NCBI GenBank assembly: GCA_963675755.2
Contig: CAXXMD010000003.1
Span: 1,728,001 to 1,792,000, forward strand
DNA length: 64,000 nucleotides
Reading direction: 5' to 3'
From: a bacterium
GTDB taxonomy: Bacteria > Zhuqueibacterota > Zhuqueibacteria > Residuimicrobiales > Krinioviventaceae
A program made the position numbers and the translations under genes. Numbering within the stretch: the first letter of the stretch is position 1; each line of letters begins with the position of its first letter. Shown here in pieces: positions 1 through 8,911 of the stretch. The notes beneath the pieces were generated by a model, which worked only from the letters and a program-made list of their open reading frames with translations, had not been told where the DNA came from and ran no database searches.

Positions 1-567
1 GAAGTTTTCGGCTGGATGCCAAACAGCAGCTATTTGAAAAGCATTGGCTATAACATTTCTTTTCAGTTGCCTATGACATTCCCCAGAGATATTAGCGGAT
101 TAGGTAAAGAAATTTATCATTTTGATATGGATACAGAGGGACTCGAGTACAGCTATTTTAACAGATTTAATGGAGCCGGCCTTCGCCTTGGTCTAAAGGA
201 TGATGCTCCCATTAACCGATTTAGATTAAAGCTGGATGAAGTGTCTTATTCACTTTATAAAGTTTGGGAAAAACGCGGCAACACCATTGAAAATGGAAGA
301 ATTATTACTCCAAGAGGCCAAGAGTTCAAGTATTCTCAACATTATCTCTCAATGGGCTTGAGTTATACAACAGATAGTGGCTTTAAGAACTTTTTGTTTG
401 ACTGGAGATTTGGATTTGGTGATAAATGGTCAAGCATGGTTACTGTAAAACAGCATTTGTGGAGTGGAACCATTTGGTTCGAAGCCAAGTATGCTGTTTA
501 CCAGACCAACTCTTTTAAATATAAACGTGTATTAATGGGTGGTCCGGTATTTTATTTTAAAAACTAA
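1..567 (+). CDS. Hypothetical protein, 5'-truncated, possibly an outer-membrane beta-barrel C-terminus
   Basis: Frame is open from base 1 (EVFGWMPNSS...). Aromatic-rich alternating strands; ends ...GPVFYFKN. Confidence 0.55.
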   Translation, partial: EVFGWMPNSSYLKSIGYNISFQLPMTFPRDISGLGKEIYHFDMDTEGLEYSYFNRFNGAGLRLGLKDDAPINRFRLKLDEVSYSLYKVWEKRGNTIENGRIITPRGQEFKYSQHYLSMGLSYTTDSGFKNFLFDWRFGFGDKWSSMVTVKQHLWSGTIWFEAKYAVYQTNSFKYKRVLMGGPVFYFKN

Positions 568-592
568 TACCCTCAATTAATAATTCTTTTGA

Positions 593-621
593 TTGATTTT
601 TTGTAACAAGAGTATTATCTT
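593..621 (+). promoter_or_regulatory. Sigma70-type promoter for aspS
   Basis: TTGATT(593-598)-17 bp-TATCTT(616-621). Confidence 0.5.
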
Positions 622-622
622 T

Positions 623-654
623 AACCGTCAGACAATCGTCTGACGGTTTTTTTT
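623..654 (+). terminator. Intrinsic terminator hairpin
   Basis: AACCGTCAGAC-aatc-GTCTGACGGTT, a perfect 11-bp stem running into T8. Confidence 0.7.
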
Positions 655-686
655 AACAATGTAATTTTTTAACAAGGTAGCGGCAA

Positions 687-2450
687 ATGAAATGGAAAAG
701 AACACATAATTGCGGACAATTAACAAAAAATAATGTTGATGAATCAGCTATATTAATGGGATGGGTAGACAGAAGACGTGATCATGGTGGTTTAATTTTT
801 ATCGATTTGCGGGATCGCTGGGGAATAACTCAAGTCCAGATTAATCCTTCATCCAGTGCTTATGAAGAAGCCAAGAAATTGAGAAGTGAATTTGTTGTTG
901 CATTCAAGGGCGTTATTGAACACCGACCAGACGGTATGGTTAATGAAAAACTGAAAACCGGTGAAATTGAACTGATAGCTTCTGATATTGAAATATTGAA
1001 CGTATCAGAAACACCGGCTATACCTGTAAGTGGTGAAAGCAACGCGTCAGAAGATTTGAGATTGAAATACCGCTTTTTGGATTTACGCAGACCTGAAATG
1101 CAGCAAAAAATGCTTATTCGTCACAAAACTGCACAGATAGTCCGTAATTATTTTTCTGAAAATGATTTTGTAGAGATTGAAACCCCTTTCCTGATGAAAA
1201 GTACACCAGAAGGTGCCAGGGACTTTTTAGTACCCAGCAGAATCTGGAAAGGTCGTTTTTACGCGCTGCCTCAGTCACCGCAAACATATAAACAATTATT
1301 GATGGTCTCGGGATATGACCGCTATTTCCAAATCGTTCGTTGTTTCAGAGATGAAGATTTTAGGGCAGACCGTCAACCCGAGTTTACACAGATTGATGTG
1401 GAAATGTCTTTTATAGATGAAGAAGATATTTTTAAAATTGTTGAAGGTCTGGTTGTCAAAATCATGAAAGACGTTATTGATGTTGATGTTGATGCACCTT
1501 TTCAACGCATACCTTATCAAACAGCGATAGAAACGTATGGTATTGACAGACCTGATTTACGTTTTGGTTTAGAAATACATAATATCTCCGACCTGGTTAA
1601 AGATTGTGAATTCAAAGTATTCACTCAAACGGTACATGCAGGAAATGTTGTGGCTGGCCTAGCTATGCCTGGTGGCGCATCATTTTCACGTAAGCAGATT
1701 GATGATATAACGGACTGGACCAAGGAGCAGGGTGCAAAAGGCCTTGTGGCAATAAAAGTTAAAGGTGATGATTGGGACAGCTCATTGTCTAAATTCTTTA
1801 CCGAAGAACAACGAAAAGCCATTATGGCCGAGTGTGGTGCCGGTGATGGAGATCTGTTGTTGTTTGTTGCAGATACAAAGCAAGATGCTTTCCCGGTACT
1901 TGGTAACTTGAGATTAAAATTGGCCAGAGATAATAATTTGATCCCCGAAAATGTATATAAACTTGCCTGGGTTGTTGATTTCCCATTGTTAGAGTTTAAT
2001 CCTGAAGAAGGACGTTATGTTGCTCTGCATCACCCGTTTACATCTCCTATTGAAGAAGATATGGGAAAAATGGATACAGATCCTGGTAATGTTCGGGCCC
2101 GTGCATATGATCTTATAATGAATGGTTTAGAGATTGCCGGTGGAAGTATTCGTATTTCTAACTCTGACATACAATCAAAAATGTTCAAAGCGCTGGGTAT
2201 TTCTGATGAAGAAGCGCAAAGCAAGTTTGGTTATCTGCTCGACGGCTTGCAATATGGCGCACCACCACATGGTGGAATTGCTTTTGGTTTTGATCGTTTG
2301 AATATGATTTTAACAGGTGGCCAGTCGATTCGTGACGTAATTGCTTTCCCCAAGACTGCAAGCGGAACCTCGCTAATGGATGGCGCTCCATCTAATGTCA
2401 AGAGCGAGCAGCTCATGGAACTGGGTTTAAGAATATTTGAAGGAATGTAG
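687..2450 (+). CDS. aspS: Aspartate--tRNA ligase (probably non-discriminating Asp/Asn type)
   Basis: RTHNCG, RRDHGG..FIDLRD, STPEGARDFLVP, ALPQSPQ, FRDED.RADRQPEFTQID, GAPPHGGIAFG.DR. Confidence 0.98.
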   Translation: MKWKRTHNCGQLTKNNVDESAILMGWVDRRRDHGGLIFIDLRDRWGITQVQINPSSSAYEEAKKLRSEFVVAFKGVIEHRPDGMVNEKLKTGEIELIASDIEILNVSETPAIPVSGESNASEDLRLKYRFLDLRRPEMQQKMLIRHKTAQIVRNYFSENDFVEIETPFLMKSTPEGARDFLVPSRIWKGRFYALPQSPQTYKQLLMVSGYDRYFQIVRCFRDEDFRADRQPEFTQIDVEMSFIDEEDIFKIVEGLVVKIMKDVIDVDVDAPFQRIPYQTAIETYGIDRPDLRFGLEIHNISDLVKDCEFKVFTQTVHAGNVVAGLAMPGGASFSRKQIDDITDWTKEQGAKGLVAIKVKGDDWDSSLSKFFTEEQRKAIMAECGAGDGDLLLFVADTKQDAFPVLGNLRLKLARDNNLIPENVYKLAWVVDFPLLEFNPEEGRYVALHHPFTSPIEEDMGKMDTDPGNVRARAYDLIMNGLEIAGGSIRISNSDIQSKMFKALGISDEEAQSKFGYLLDGLQYGAPPHGGIAFGFDRLNMILTGGQSIRDVIAFPKTASGTSLMDGAPSNVKSEQLMELGLRIFEGM

Positions 2451-2456
2451 TTTGTT

Positions 2457-3047
2457 ATGTCGTTAAAAATTCTTATTGTAGAGGATGACGAACAGCTGCG
2501 AGAGTTGCTGGTTACATTTTTATCTGAATTGGAATATGATATTACATCCACAGGTATTGTTCAGGAAGCGTTGGATTTGTTGAAAACCAACGACTATGAT
2601 CTTGTATTAACAGACAAGAACATGGAAAGTCCCTATGGTAATATTGAGGGTGGAATGGATGTTTTGCGATTTGTTAAAGAGCAAAACAAAGCTACTCAGG
2701 TTATTATGATGACCGGATTTGCAACTATAGAAACTGCTATTGAAGCATTAAAGCTTGGTGCGTTCGATTATATAATGAAACCCTTTAAACTTGGTGATTT
2801 ACAATCCAAGATTGAGAGGATCAAAGAATACAAAAAACTTTTAGATCCTGAAAACACATTTCTAACCTATAAAACACTCCATAATGAAATTCTCGACCTG
2901 ATGCAACAGGAAAAGCATTTGAGTGATGACGAGATGAAAGGGTTTCTTGCATCAATAGATCAACGCATTGATCATTTTTTTCAGGCTCAAAAACGTTGGA
3001 GCTTGAATTGGTTCAATATTAAAAAAAATAATGGAAATGATATCTAG
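2457..3047 (+). CDS. Response regulator (REC domain plus short helical tail)
   Basis: ILIVEDD, DLVLTD, VIMMTG, A.KLGAFDYIMKPF. Confidence 0.9.
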   Translation: MSLKILIVEDDEQLRELLVTFLSELEYDITSTGIVQEALDLLKTNDYDLVLTDKNMESPYGNIEGGMDVLRFVKEQNKATQVIMMTGFATIETAIEALKLGAFDYIMKPFKLGDLQSKIERIKEYKKLLDPENTFLTYKTLHNEILDLMQQEKHLSDDEMKGFLASIDQRIDHFFQAQKRWSLNWFNIKKNNGNDI

Positions 3048-4017
3048 TTTAACTTTGGGAAAAATGAGTAACAGGAATCTTTTAGTTTTAGTACTGGTTT
3101 TATTGTCAATTGTTTCTGCACAATCTGCGACTTTTGAATATGGTACCCGTTTTAATGAAAACGAGTTGTTTGCTCCGCTTCCATTTCTTCATTTGGATTG
3201 TAATAAAAGCAGCGAGTATCTTTTTCTTGTAGAAAAAAGAAGCCAATCCTTTTTTGTATTAAAAGCAGTTGATTCAACACTGTTTGTAGAAAAACAATAT
3301 GTCTGTTCTACCGGTAAAGTTCGTGGCGACAAGACGGTTGTTGGCGATCTGAAAACACCAGAAGGCATTTATTTCATTCGGGATGAAAAAGACAAACAGC
3401 GTCTTGCACCTATTTATGGTGCTGGTGCATTTGTGCTCGATTATCCCAATGGTTTTGATAAAATGAAAAAAAAGAACGGTTACGGCATTTGGATTCACGG
3501 TACAGATGAACCCGAGAGAATTCAAAACTCTAATGATACCAAAGGCTGTGTTGTTCTTGAAAATAGCGATTTTAATGATGTTTCTCAGTATGTTACAATT
3601 GATCAGACTCCGGTTGTTATAGTTGATGAAATCTATTTTAGAAATCAAAATTTTGTAGAGGCTGACAAGCTGGAAATTATAAATTTTTTACAAAAATGGA
3701 AAAAAAGTTGGGAAAATCAAAATATTGGCACCTTTATTGAATGCTATTCTAAGCAGTTTCATTTTGATGGTATGAATTATTATGCTTATAAAGCATATAA
3801 AAACAGATTGTTTAAGCAATATAACGACATCTCTGTAGATCTTTACAACATTCAGATTTTTAAGGATGATGTGAACTATGTAGCCAATTTTTACCAGGAT
3901 TATTCAACAGAGAATTATAAAGATTCAGGAATTAAGCAACTGTATATCATTAAAGAAAATGATTCTTTTAAAATAGTTCGAGAAGTATGGAATGAGAACA
4001 AAGCAACCAGTGAATAA
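3031..4017 (+). CDS. YkuD L,D-transpeptidase/carboxypeptidase with NTF2-like C-terminal domain (Csd6/Pgp2-like); true start may be ATG 3064
   Basis: GDLKTPEGIY, LDYPN..D, GIWIHG...TKGCVVL (His/Cys dyad). C-terminal W...W....YS..F...F.QDY...YKDSG.K.L.....KIV.E.W. N-terminal signal/TM segment. Confidence 0.88.
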   Translation: MEMISSLTLGKMSNRNLLVLVLVLLSIVSAQSATFEYGTRFNENELFAPLPFLHLDCNKSSEYLFLVEKRSQSFFVLKAVDSTLFVEKQYVCSTGKVRGDKTVVGDLKTPEGIYFIRDEKDKQRLAPIYGAGAFVLDYPNGFDKMKKKNGYGIWIHGTDEPERIQNSNDTKGCVVLENSDFNDVSQYVTIDQTPVVIVDEIYFRNQNFVEADKLEIINFLQKWKKSWENQNIGTFIECYSKQFHFDGMNYYAYKAYKNRLFKQYNDISVDLYNIQIFKDDVNYVANFYQDYSTENYKDSGIKQLYIIKENDSFKIVREVWNENKATSE

Positions 4018-4022
4018 AGTTT

Positions 4023-4709
4023 ATGCGACATGAATTGTTAACAATTTTGTTTATCCGCAGTTCCTACAAAATACGAAAAATTAATCTGCCTTTTTTGTAT
4101 TATCAGCTGTTAAAATTTGGCGTTTTTCTATTCTTTCTTGTCTTTGTTGGACTCATTTTCATGACATGGCAATTATCTGTACAAAACGCTGAATTAAAAG
4201 ATCAGGTATTGTCATTAAAGAGTCAGAAAAAAGATGCTTTTTTAAACAGGCATGTTGAACCAGAAAAACAAAAAACACCCGTCAAATCAACATCCCAGGT
4301 ACAAGCTAAACAAACCCCTGTTGTAACACTTGATGAAATTGATCAAAAGATTATCAATGTCCGGGATTTTAACGTTAACAACAGTGAAAACCAATTGCAA
4401 GTTGGATTTGATCTTGTTAATGATTCCGGAAATAATTCTCAGGCAGAAGGATATCTTCAGGTATTGTTTCTGGATAGCATGAATGCTGGTGCAATGGTTT
4501 CAACTTTTCCGCAAGATTGTAAAGTTGATAAAGAGTTTAAAGCAATTAATTACAAGACGGGTGATTCATTTGCTATAAAGTATTTTAAAAAAGTGCAATT
4601 TAATCTTGATCCCCCGGATTTTTCCATAAAATTTGCTGTTATAAGAGTATATTCTACTGACGGTCAAATCATCTATCAAAATATCAAATCGATTGATAAT
4701 GATAATTAA
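4023..4709 (+). CDS. Single-pass membrane protein with coiled coil and periplasmic beta domain
   Basis: One TM helix (aa ~30-49), short coiled coil, low-complexity linker, beta-rich C-terminus; sits between the two peptidoglycan peptidases. Confidence 0.7.
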   Translation: MRHELLTILFIRSSYKIRKINLPFLYYQLLKFGVFLFFLVFVGLIFMTWQLSVQNAELKDQVLSLKSQKKDAFLNRHVEPEKQKTPVKSTSQVQAKQTPVVTLDEIDQKIINVRDFNVNNSENQLQVGFDLVNDSGNNSQAEGYLQVLFLDSMNAGAMVSTFPQDCKVDKEFKAINYKTGDSFAIKYFKKVQFNLDPPDFSIKFAVIRVYSTDGQIIYQNIKSIDNDN

Positions 4710-6471
4710 TAAAAATATTATTTTTGTTTTATTCATTTTCCTAGGTTTCTTTAATGTCTTTTCTAAAGATGTTGAAAAACGTTTTGTGCAGGAAACCTAT
4801 TTTGAAAACACACCTTATGAGCTGAATGTTTATCGGATAAAGGGACGAATACCTGATAATACAATGCTTGTGATTGGTGGAATTCAGGGTAATGAACCTA
4901 CGGGCTATCTTGCTGCAGACCATTATGTAGATATAAACCTTGAGCGAGGCAGTCTGATAATGGTGCCCCGTGCTAATTTCAATACAATAATACGGGACCA
5001 ACGCGGTTATCATGGAGATATGAACCGAAAATTCACCAAACAAAAAAACGGTGAAAATTATGAAGAGCAAATTGTTGAAATTTTAAAGTCACTTATTGCA
5101 GAAGCTGATGTTCTGTTAAATTTGCATGAAGGCTCGGGATTTTATCGCGAAAAATGGGTTTCTGATATTGAAAACCCCTTGCGTTATGGTCAATCGATAA
5201 TTGCAGATGCAGATGTGTTTTCAAATAATGATTCTACTGAAACACTGAATCTAGCAGAAATTGCTAAAACAGTAATTAACCAGGTTAACAAAAAAATTGA
5301 AAATCCTCAATATCAGTTTGCTTTTAATAACCATAATACTTTTTCAGATCATACCCGTCATGCTGAGCAGCGTGCTTCGGCAACCTATTATGCGTTATCC
5401 AATTTTGGTATTCCCGCGTTTGGTATCGAGTCATCCAAGTCTATATCAGACATCGAGTTAAAGGTGCGCCATCAGGTGTGGATTATTAATGAGTTCATGA
5501 AAATTTTTAATATTGTGCCCGAAGTACCACGTATCTATCTGGAATATCCTGAATTATATTTTGTTATTGTTACCATCAATGAACAGCAAACACATATTGT
5601 GCCTGTTGGCAAGTCTTTAACAATCAATAAAGGTGATAAAGTAGAGATCAACCATATTGAATCAAATTATGAACGCGGACTATCGGTTGATATTTTAAAT
5701 TATGGTACCGTGAATGATTACCGTTCAAAGATTGTTATAAACAATTCAACCAAAGCAATTGTTCGAAAAGACAAGTTTCTCTGTGGAGAAATTTACCTGG
5801 ATATTAAAGATGAACAACAGGTGCCAAAAGAATCGTTCAATTATTTGGTAATGAATGTGAATGATGATGTTCATGTTTTTGATCGAGAAAAGGATATTGT
5901 GTTGGTTCCGGGAGACCGGATTAAAATTATTGATACTGTACCGTCTTCTCAACAAGATCCTTCGGTTAGAGTTAATGTTTATGGATTTGTTCCGCAGGAC
6001 AAATCCTTGAAAACGCAAGATCGAGGTGTTTGGGTAAATACGGCTACGGATTTTATTAAAGCATATTCTGAAGATGGTGAAGGCTGGGTTTATAATATTC
6101 GTGTTGAGCAATATAATGAAATACTTTCAAGCTTTCGTGTTGTTTTAAAAAAACCGGATTTGTTGAGTATAAAACTTGAATGCGATCAAGATACATTAGA
6201 CGTAAAAAACAATGAAACAATCGAGTTTCGTAAAAATCAGATTATTCGAATTGTGAATGTTGAAACCAGTGATGTGCAGGAATCGGCGTTACAGGTAAAT
6301 TTTAAAGGTTTTGTAGGTAATGGAGATGGCGAAGACAGGAATTTGAATATTGCGTTGAATGAGGATTTACTAGACAGATACGCCATAGACAGAGAAAAAC
6401 AGATTTACCCAATAGTTGTTTCTTCAAATAAGAAAAAATTGGGTGAAATTTTTGTAAGAATAGTTGAATAA
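4693..6471 (+). CDS. M99/M14-like zinc D,L-carboxypeptidase (Csd4/Pgp1-like); start may be ATG 4699
   Basis: GGIQGNEP (Gln/Glu zinc ligands), VPRAN, DMNRKF, LNLHEGSG, AFGIESSK; repeated beta-rich C-terminal domains; signal peptide. Confidence 0.85.
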   Translation: MIMIINKNIIFVLFIFLGFFNVFSKDVEKRFVQETYFENTPYELNVYRIKGRIPDNTMLVIGGIQGNEPTGYLAADHYVDINLERGSLIMVPRANFNTIIRDQRGYHGDMNRKFTKQKNGENYEEQIVEILKSLIAEADVLLNLHEGSGFYREKWVSDIENPLRYGQSIIADADVFSNNDSTETLNLAEIAKTVINQVNKKIENPQYQFAFNNHNTFSDHTRHAEQRASATYYALSNFGIPAFGIESSKSISDIELKVRHQVWIINEFMKIFNIVPEVPRIYLEYPELYFVIVTINEQQTHIVPVGKSLTINKGDKVEINHIESNYERGLSVDILNYGTVNDYRSKIVINNSTKAIVRKDKFLCGEIYLDIKDEQQVPKESFNYLVMNVNDDVHVFDREKDIVLVPGDRIKIIDTVPSSQQDPSVRVNVYGFVPQDKSLKTQDRGVWVNTATDFIKAYSEDGEGWVYNIRVEQYNEILSSFRVVLKKPDLLSIKLECDQDTLDVKNNETIEFRKNQIIRIVNVETSDVQESALQVNFKGFVGNGDGEDRNLNIALNEDLLDRYAIDREKQIYPIVVSSNKKKLGEIFVRIVE

Positions 6472-6496
6472 GAGATTGTGAATTCTGTTTTTCTAC

Positions 6497-6525
6497 TTGA
6501 CTATTTAGCTTATTTTTAGTAAAAT
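6497..6525 (+). promoter_or_regulatory. Near-consensus sigma70 promoter for the lipoprotein-LysM operon
   Basis: TTGACT(6497-6502)-17 bp-TAAAAT(6520-6525). Confidence 0.65.
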
Positions 6526-6633
6526 AAATTGATATAAACTTTTGTTAAAATTTAAAATAATTAACAAATATAAACGTATCATATTTGTCAAGATAAATCC
6601 AAAATAAATCTCTTGAAAGGAGGTGTTAACTTG

Positions 6634-6906
6634 ATGAAAAAAGCAAAAAGTCTCATTGTTTTTACGGCAATTGGCTTGATGTTCATTTCATTGGCGCTTA
6701 CAGGTTGTGGTGGCCCAAATGAAAAAGAATTACAAGCCTTGGAAGAAACAAAAGCAGCTGCTTTAGCGGCAGAGAGTTCTTTGTCTGATTGTGAAAGCCA
6801 AAAAGCACAACTGGAATCACAATTGGCAGCAAAAAAACAAGAACTGAAAGAGATGAAACAAGAACAAGCAGATGTTAATAAACGGTTAGCCGAAATGGGC
6901 TACTAA
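6634..6906 (+). CDS. Small coiled-coil (alanine-zipper-like) lipoprotein
   Basis: Strong RBS AAAGGAGGTG; lipobox LTG/C; mature part is one heptad-rich helix. Confidence 0.85.
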   Translation: MKKAKSLIVFTAIGLMFISLALTGCGGPNEKELQALEETKAAALAAESSLSDCESQKAQLESQLAAKKQELKEMKQEQADVNKRLAEMGY

Positions 6907-6947
6907 TCGAGTTAACATTTAAACATGAAACCCTTGGAGGGAAGCTG

Positions 6948-7802
6948 ATGAAAGTTTTAGGTAAAAAATTGACCTTCTTTACCTTGGCGCTTTCAGTTTC
7001 ACTGTTTTTTGGAGCAACCTTTTCCATGGCACAAGAAAAAATGTCAATGGATGAATATAAAGCTCAATTAGCTGACTGGCAAAAACGTGAAGCTGACGCA
7101 AAAGCAGCCGCAGAGACATGTCAATCTGACGTGGCCTCACTGAAAGGCGAAGTAGAAACCACCCAAGCAGATATCGACAAGACTTGGGGCGAAATCCTTG
7201 CGGCATTGGGCACAGATCAAGCAGGTGTGGATGCTTTCCGCGCTGAATTGAAAAATCTGGAAGCTCAGGTTGATGGCCTGCTGGCCTTGTCACCAGAAGA
7301 ACTGTTCAAAAAACGTGACGAGCTGGAAGGTTTGATTGCACAGTTGGAAGAAGCAAAGAAAAATAAAATTGCAGCTTTGACTGAAATGCAAAACCTTATT
7401 GCCACCATTGAAGGCAAAATTACCCAAGTTCAGAATAAAATGCCCAAGGCAGTTTACGATGAATACAATGTAATCGTTGGTGATTACCTTTGGAAAATCT
7501 CCGGCAAAGAAGATATTTATGCAGATCCAATCAAATGGATGCGCATTTATTCTTATAATAAAGACCAGATCAAAAATCCTGATTTGATCTTCCCGGACCA
7601 GGTTTTGAAAATCCAACGCGAAGTTGGTCCTGAAGAATACCTGGTAGCAAAAGGTGATTATTTGCAGAAAATCGCTGGTAACGCAGATGTTATTGGTGAT
7701 CCTGCATCCTGGACAAAAATCTATGAAAAGAATAAAGACATCATTGGTGAAGATCCTAACATGATTTTCCCACATACTGTTTTGGTTATCCCCAAAGAAT
7801 AG
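6948..7802 (+). CDS. Secreted coiled-coil protein with two C-terminal LysM domains
   Basis: Signal peptide (..FSMA/QE), ~140 aa coiled coil, two Y.V..GD.L.KI...W.KIY..N...I..P.LI.P..L.I repeats. Confidence 0.92.
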   Translation: MKVLGKKLTFFTLALSVSLFFGATFSMAQEKMSMDEYKAQLADWQKREADAKAAAETCQSDVASLKGEVETTQADIDKTWGEILAALGTDQAGVDAFRAELKNLEAQVDGLLALSPEELFKKRDELEGLIAQLEEAKKNKIAALTEMQNLIATIEGKITQVQNKMPKAVYDEYNVIVGDYLWKISGKEDIYADPIKWMRIYSYNKDQIKNPDLIFPDQVLKIQREVGPEEYLVAKGDYLQKIAGNADVIGDPASWTKIYEKNKDIIGEDPNMIFPHTVLVIPKE

Positions 7803-7834
7803 TTTGACGTGTCTTTAATTTATATAGCTTTTTT

Positions 7835-7870
7835 AACTCTCGGTCAGTCTAGCTGGCCGGGAGTTTTTTT
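7835..7870 (+). terminator. Intrinsic terminator after the LysM gene
   Basis: AACTCTCGGTCAG-loop-CTGGCCGGGAGTT stem (with G-U pairs) followed by a T run. Confidence 0.8.
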
Positions 7871-7942
7871 ATTGGATGAAAAATTATTTTATAATAGCTG
7901 AAAAAATCTTACATTACAGGTAACAATTCTTTTAGGACTAGA

Positions 7943-8911
7943 GTGGACGAACGTAAAGTAACATTAAGAGGAATTAATCCTCTGGATTTTTATGGGGCTC
8001 AGGACGCTAATTTGCGTGTTTTGGAATCTTGCCTGAATACGCAGATTATTGCCAGGGGCCATGAAATTTTAATCCGTGGCGAAAAAGAACAAACTGAAAA
8101 CGCTGAAAAGATTATTGCCGAACTGGTGCACATGGCGAACCGGAATGGTCAAATTACTCCGGATGATATTGAAACCGTCTCCAAGCTTACTGTACGGCAG
8201 CTAGACCAGGTTGAAGAAGTTGCAGATAAAGATTCTATCATTCTTTATACGCGGAAAAGTTATGTAAAGCCCAAAACAGAGGGGCAAAAAGTATATTTTC
8301 AGGCTGCACAGGAAAATGATATAGTGTTTGCCATTGGACCTGCGGGAACCGGTAAAACCTACCTTGCCGTTGCGGTTGCGCTTGCATGTTTGCGTGATAA
8401 AATTGTTGACAGGCTGGTATTGTGTAGACCAGCGGTAGAAGCAGGTGAAAACCTGGGTTTTTTACCCGGTGATTTCAGAGATAAAGTTGATCCTTATTTG
8501 CGTCCCTTGTATGACGCCCTGTATGATATGATGCCGCTTGACAAATTAAAACGCAATCTTGAAAACAATGTAATTGAAATTGTTCCTCTTGCATTTATGA
8601 GGGGGCGAACCTTGAATAATAGTTTTGTTATTCTGGATGAAGCCCAAAACTCTACTTCAGCTCAAATGAAAATGTTCCTGACAAGGTTAGGTGCTAATTC
8701 TCGGGCAATTGTTACCGGTGATATTACCCAGATCGATTTACCAACGCAAACCAAATCCGGTTTGGTGGAAATTCAGAATATATTAAAGGGTGTGGATGGA
8801 ATCGGGTTTACGTATCTCACTAAAAAGGATGTTGTAAGGCACCAGTTGGTAAGAAAGATCATCAATGCTTATGAAGAATTTGATTCAAATCAAAAAGAAG
8901 AAAGCTTATGA
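7943..8911 (+). CDS. phoH: PhoH-family ATPase (YbeZ)
   Basis: GPAGTGKTYLA, RPAVEAGE.LGFLPGD, PLAFMRGRTL, ILDEAQN, TGDITQIDLP. Confidence 0.96.
   Translation: MDERKVTLRGINPLDFYGAQDANLRVLESCLNTQIIARGHEILIRGEKEQTENAEKIIAELVHMANRNGQITPDDIETVSKLTVRQLDQVEEVADKDSIILYTRKSYVKPKTEGQKVYFQAAQENDIVFAIGPAGTGKTYLAVAVALACLRDKIVDRLVLCRPAVEAGENLGFLPGDFRDKVDPYLRPLYDALYDMMPLDKLKRNLENNVIEIVPLAFMRGRTLNNSFVILDEAQNSTSAQMKMFLTRLGANSRAIVTGDITQIDLPTQTKSGLVEIQNILKGVDGIGFTYLTKKDVVRHQLVRKIINAYEEFDSNQKEESL

Noticed and set aside
2990-3066. Possible additional frameshift at the end of the response regulator (TGGAGC or the A8 run)
   Set aside because: The C-terminus looks odd and overlaps the next ORF, but no single correction can be justified without homolog alignment.
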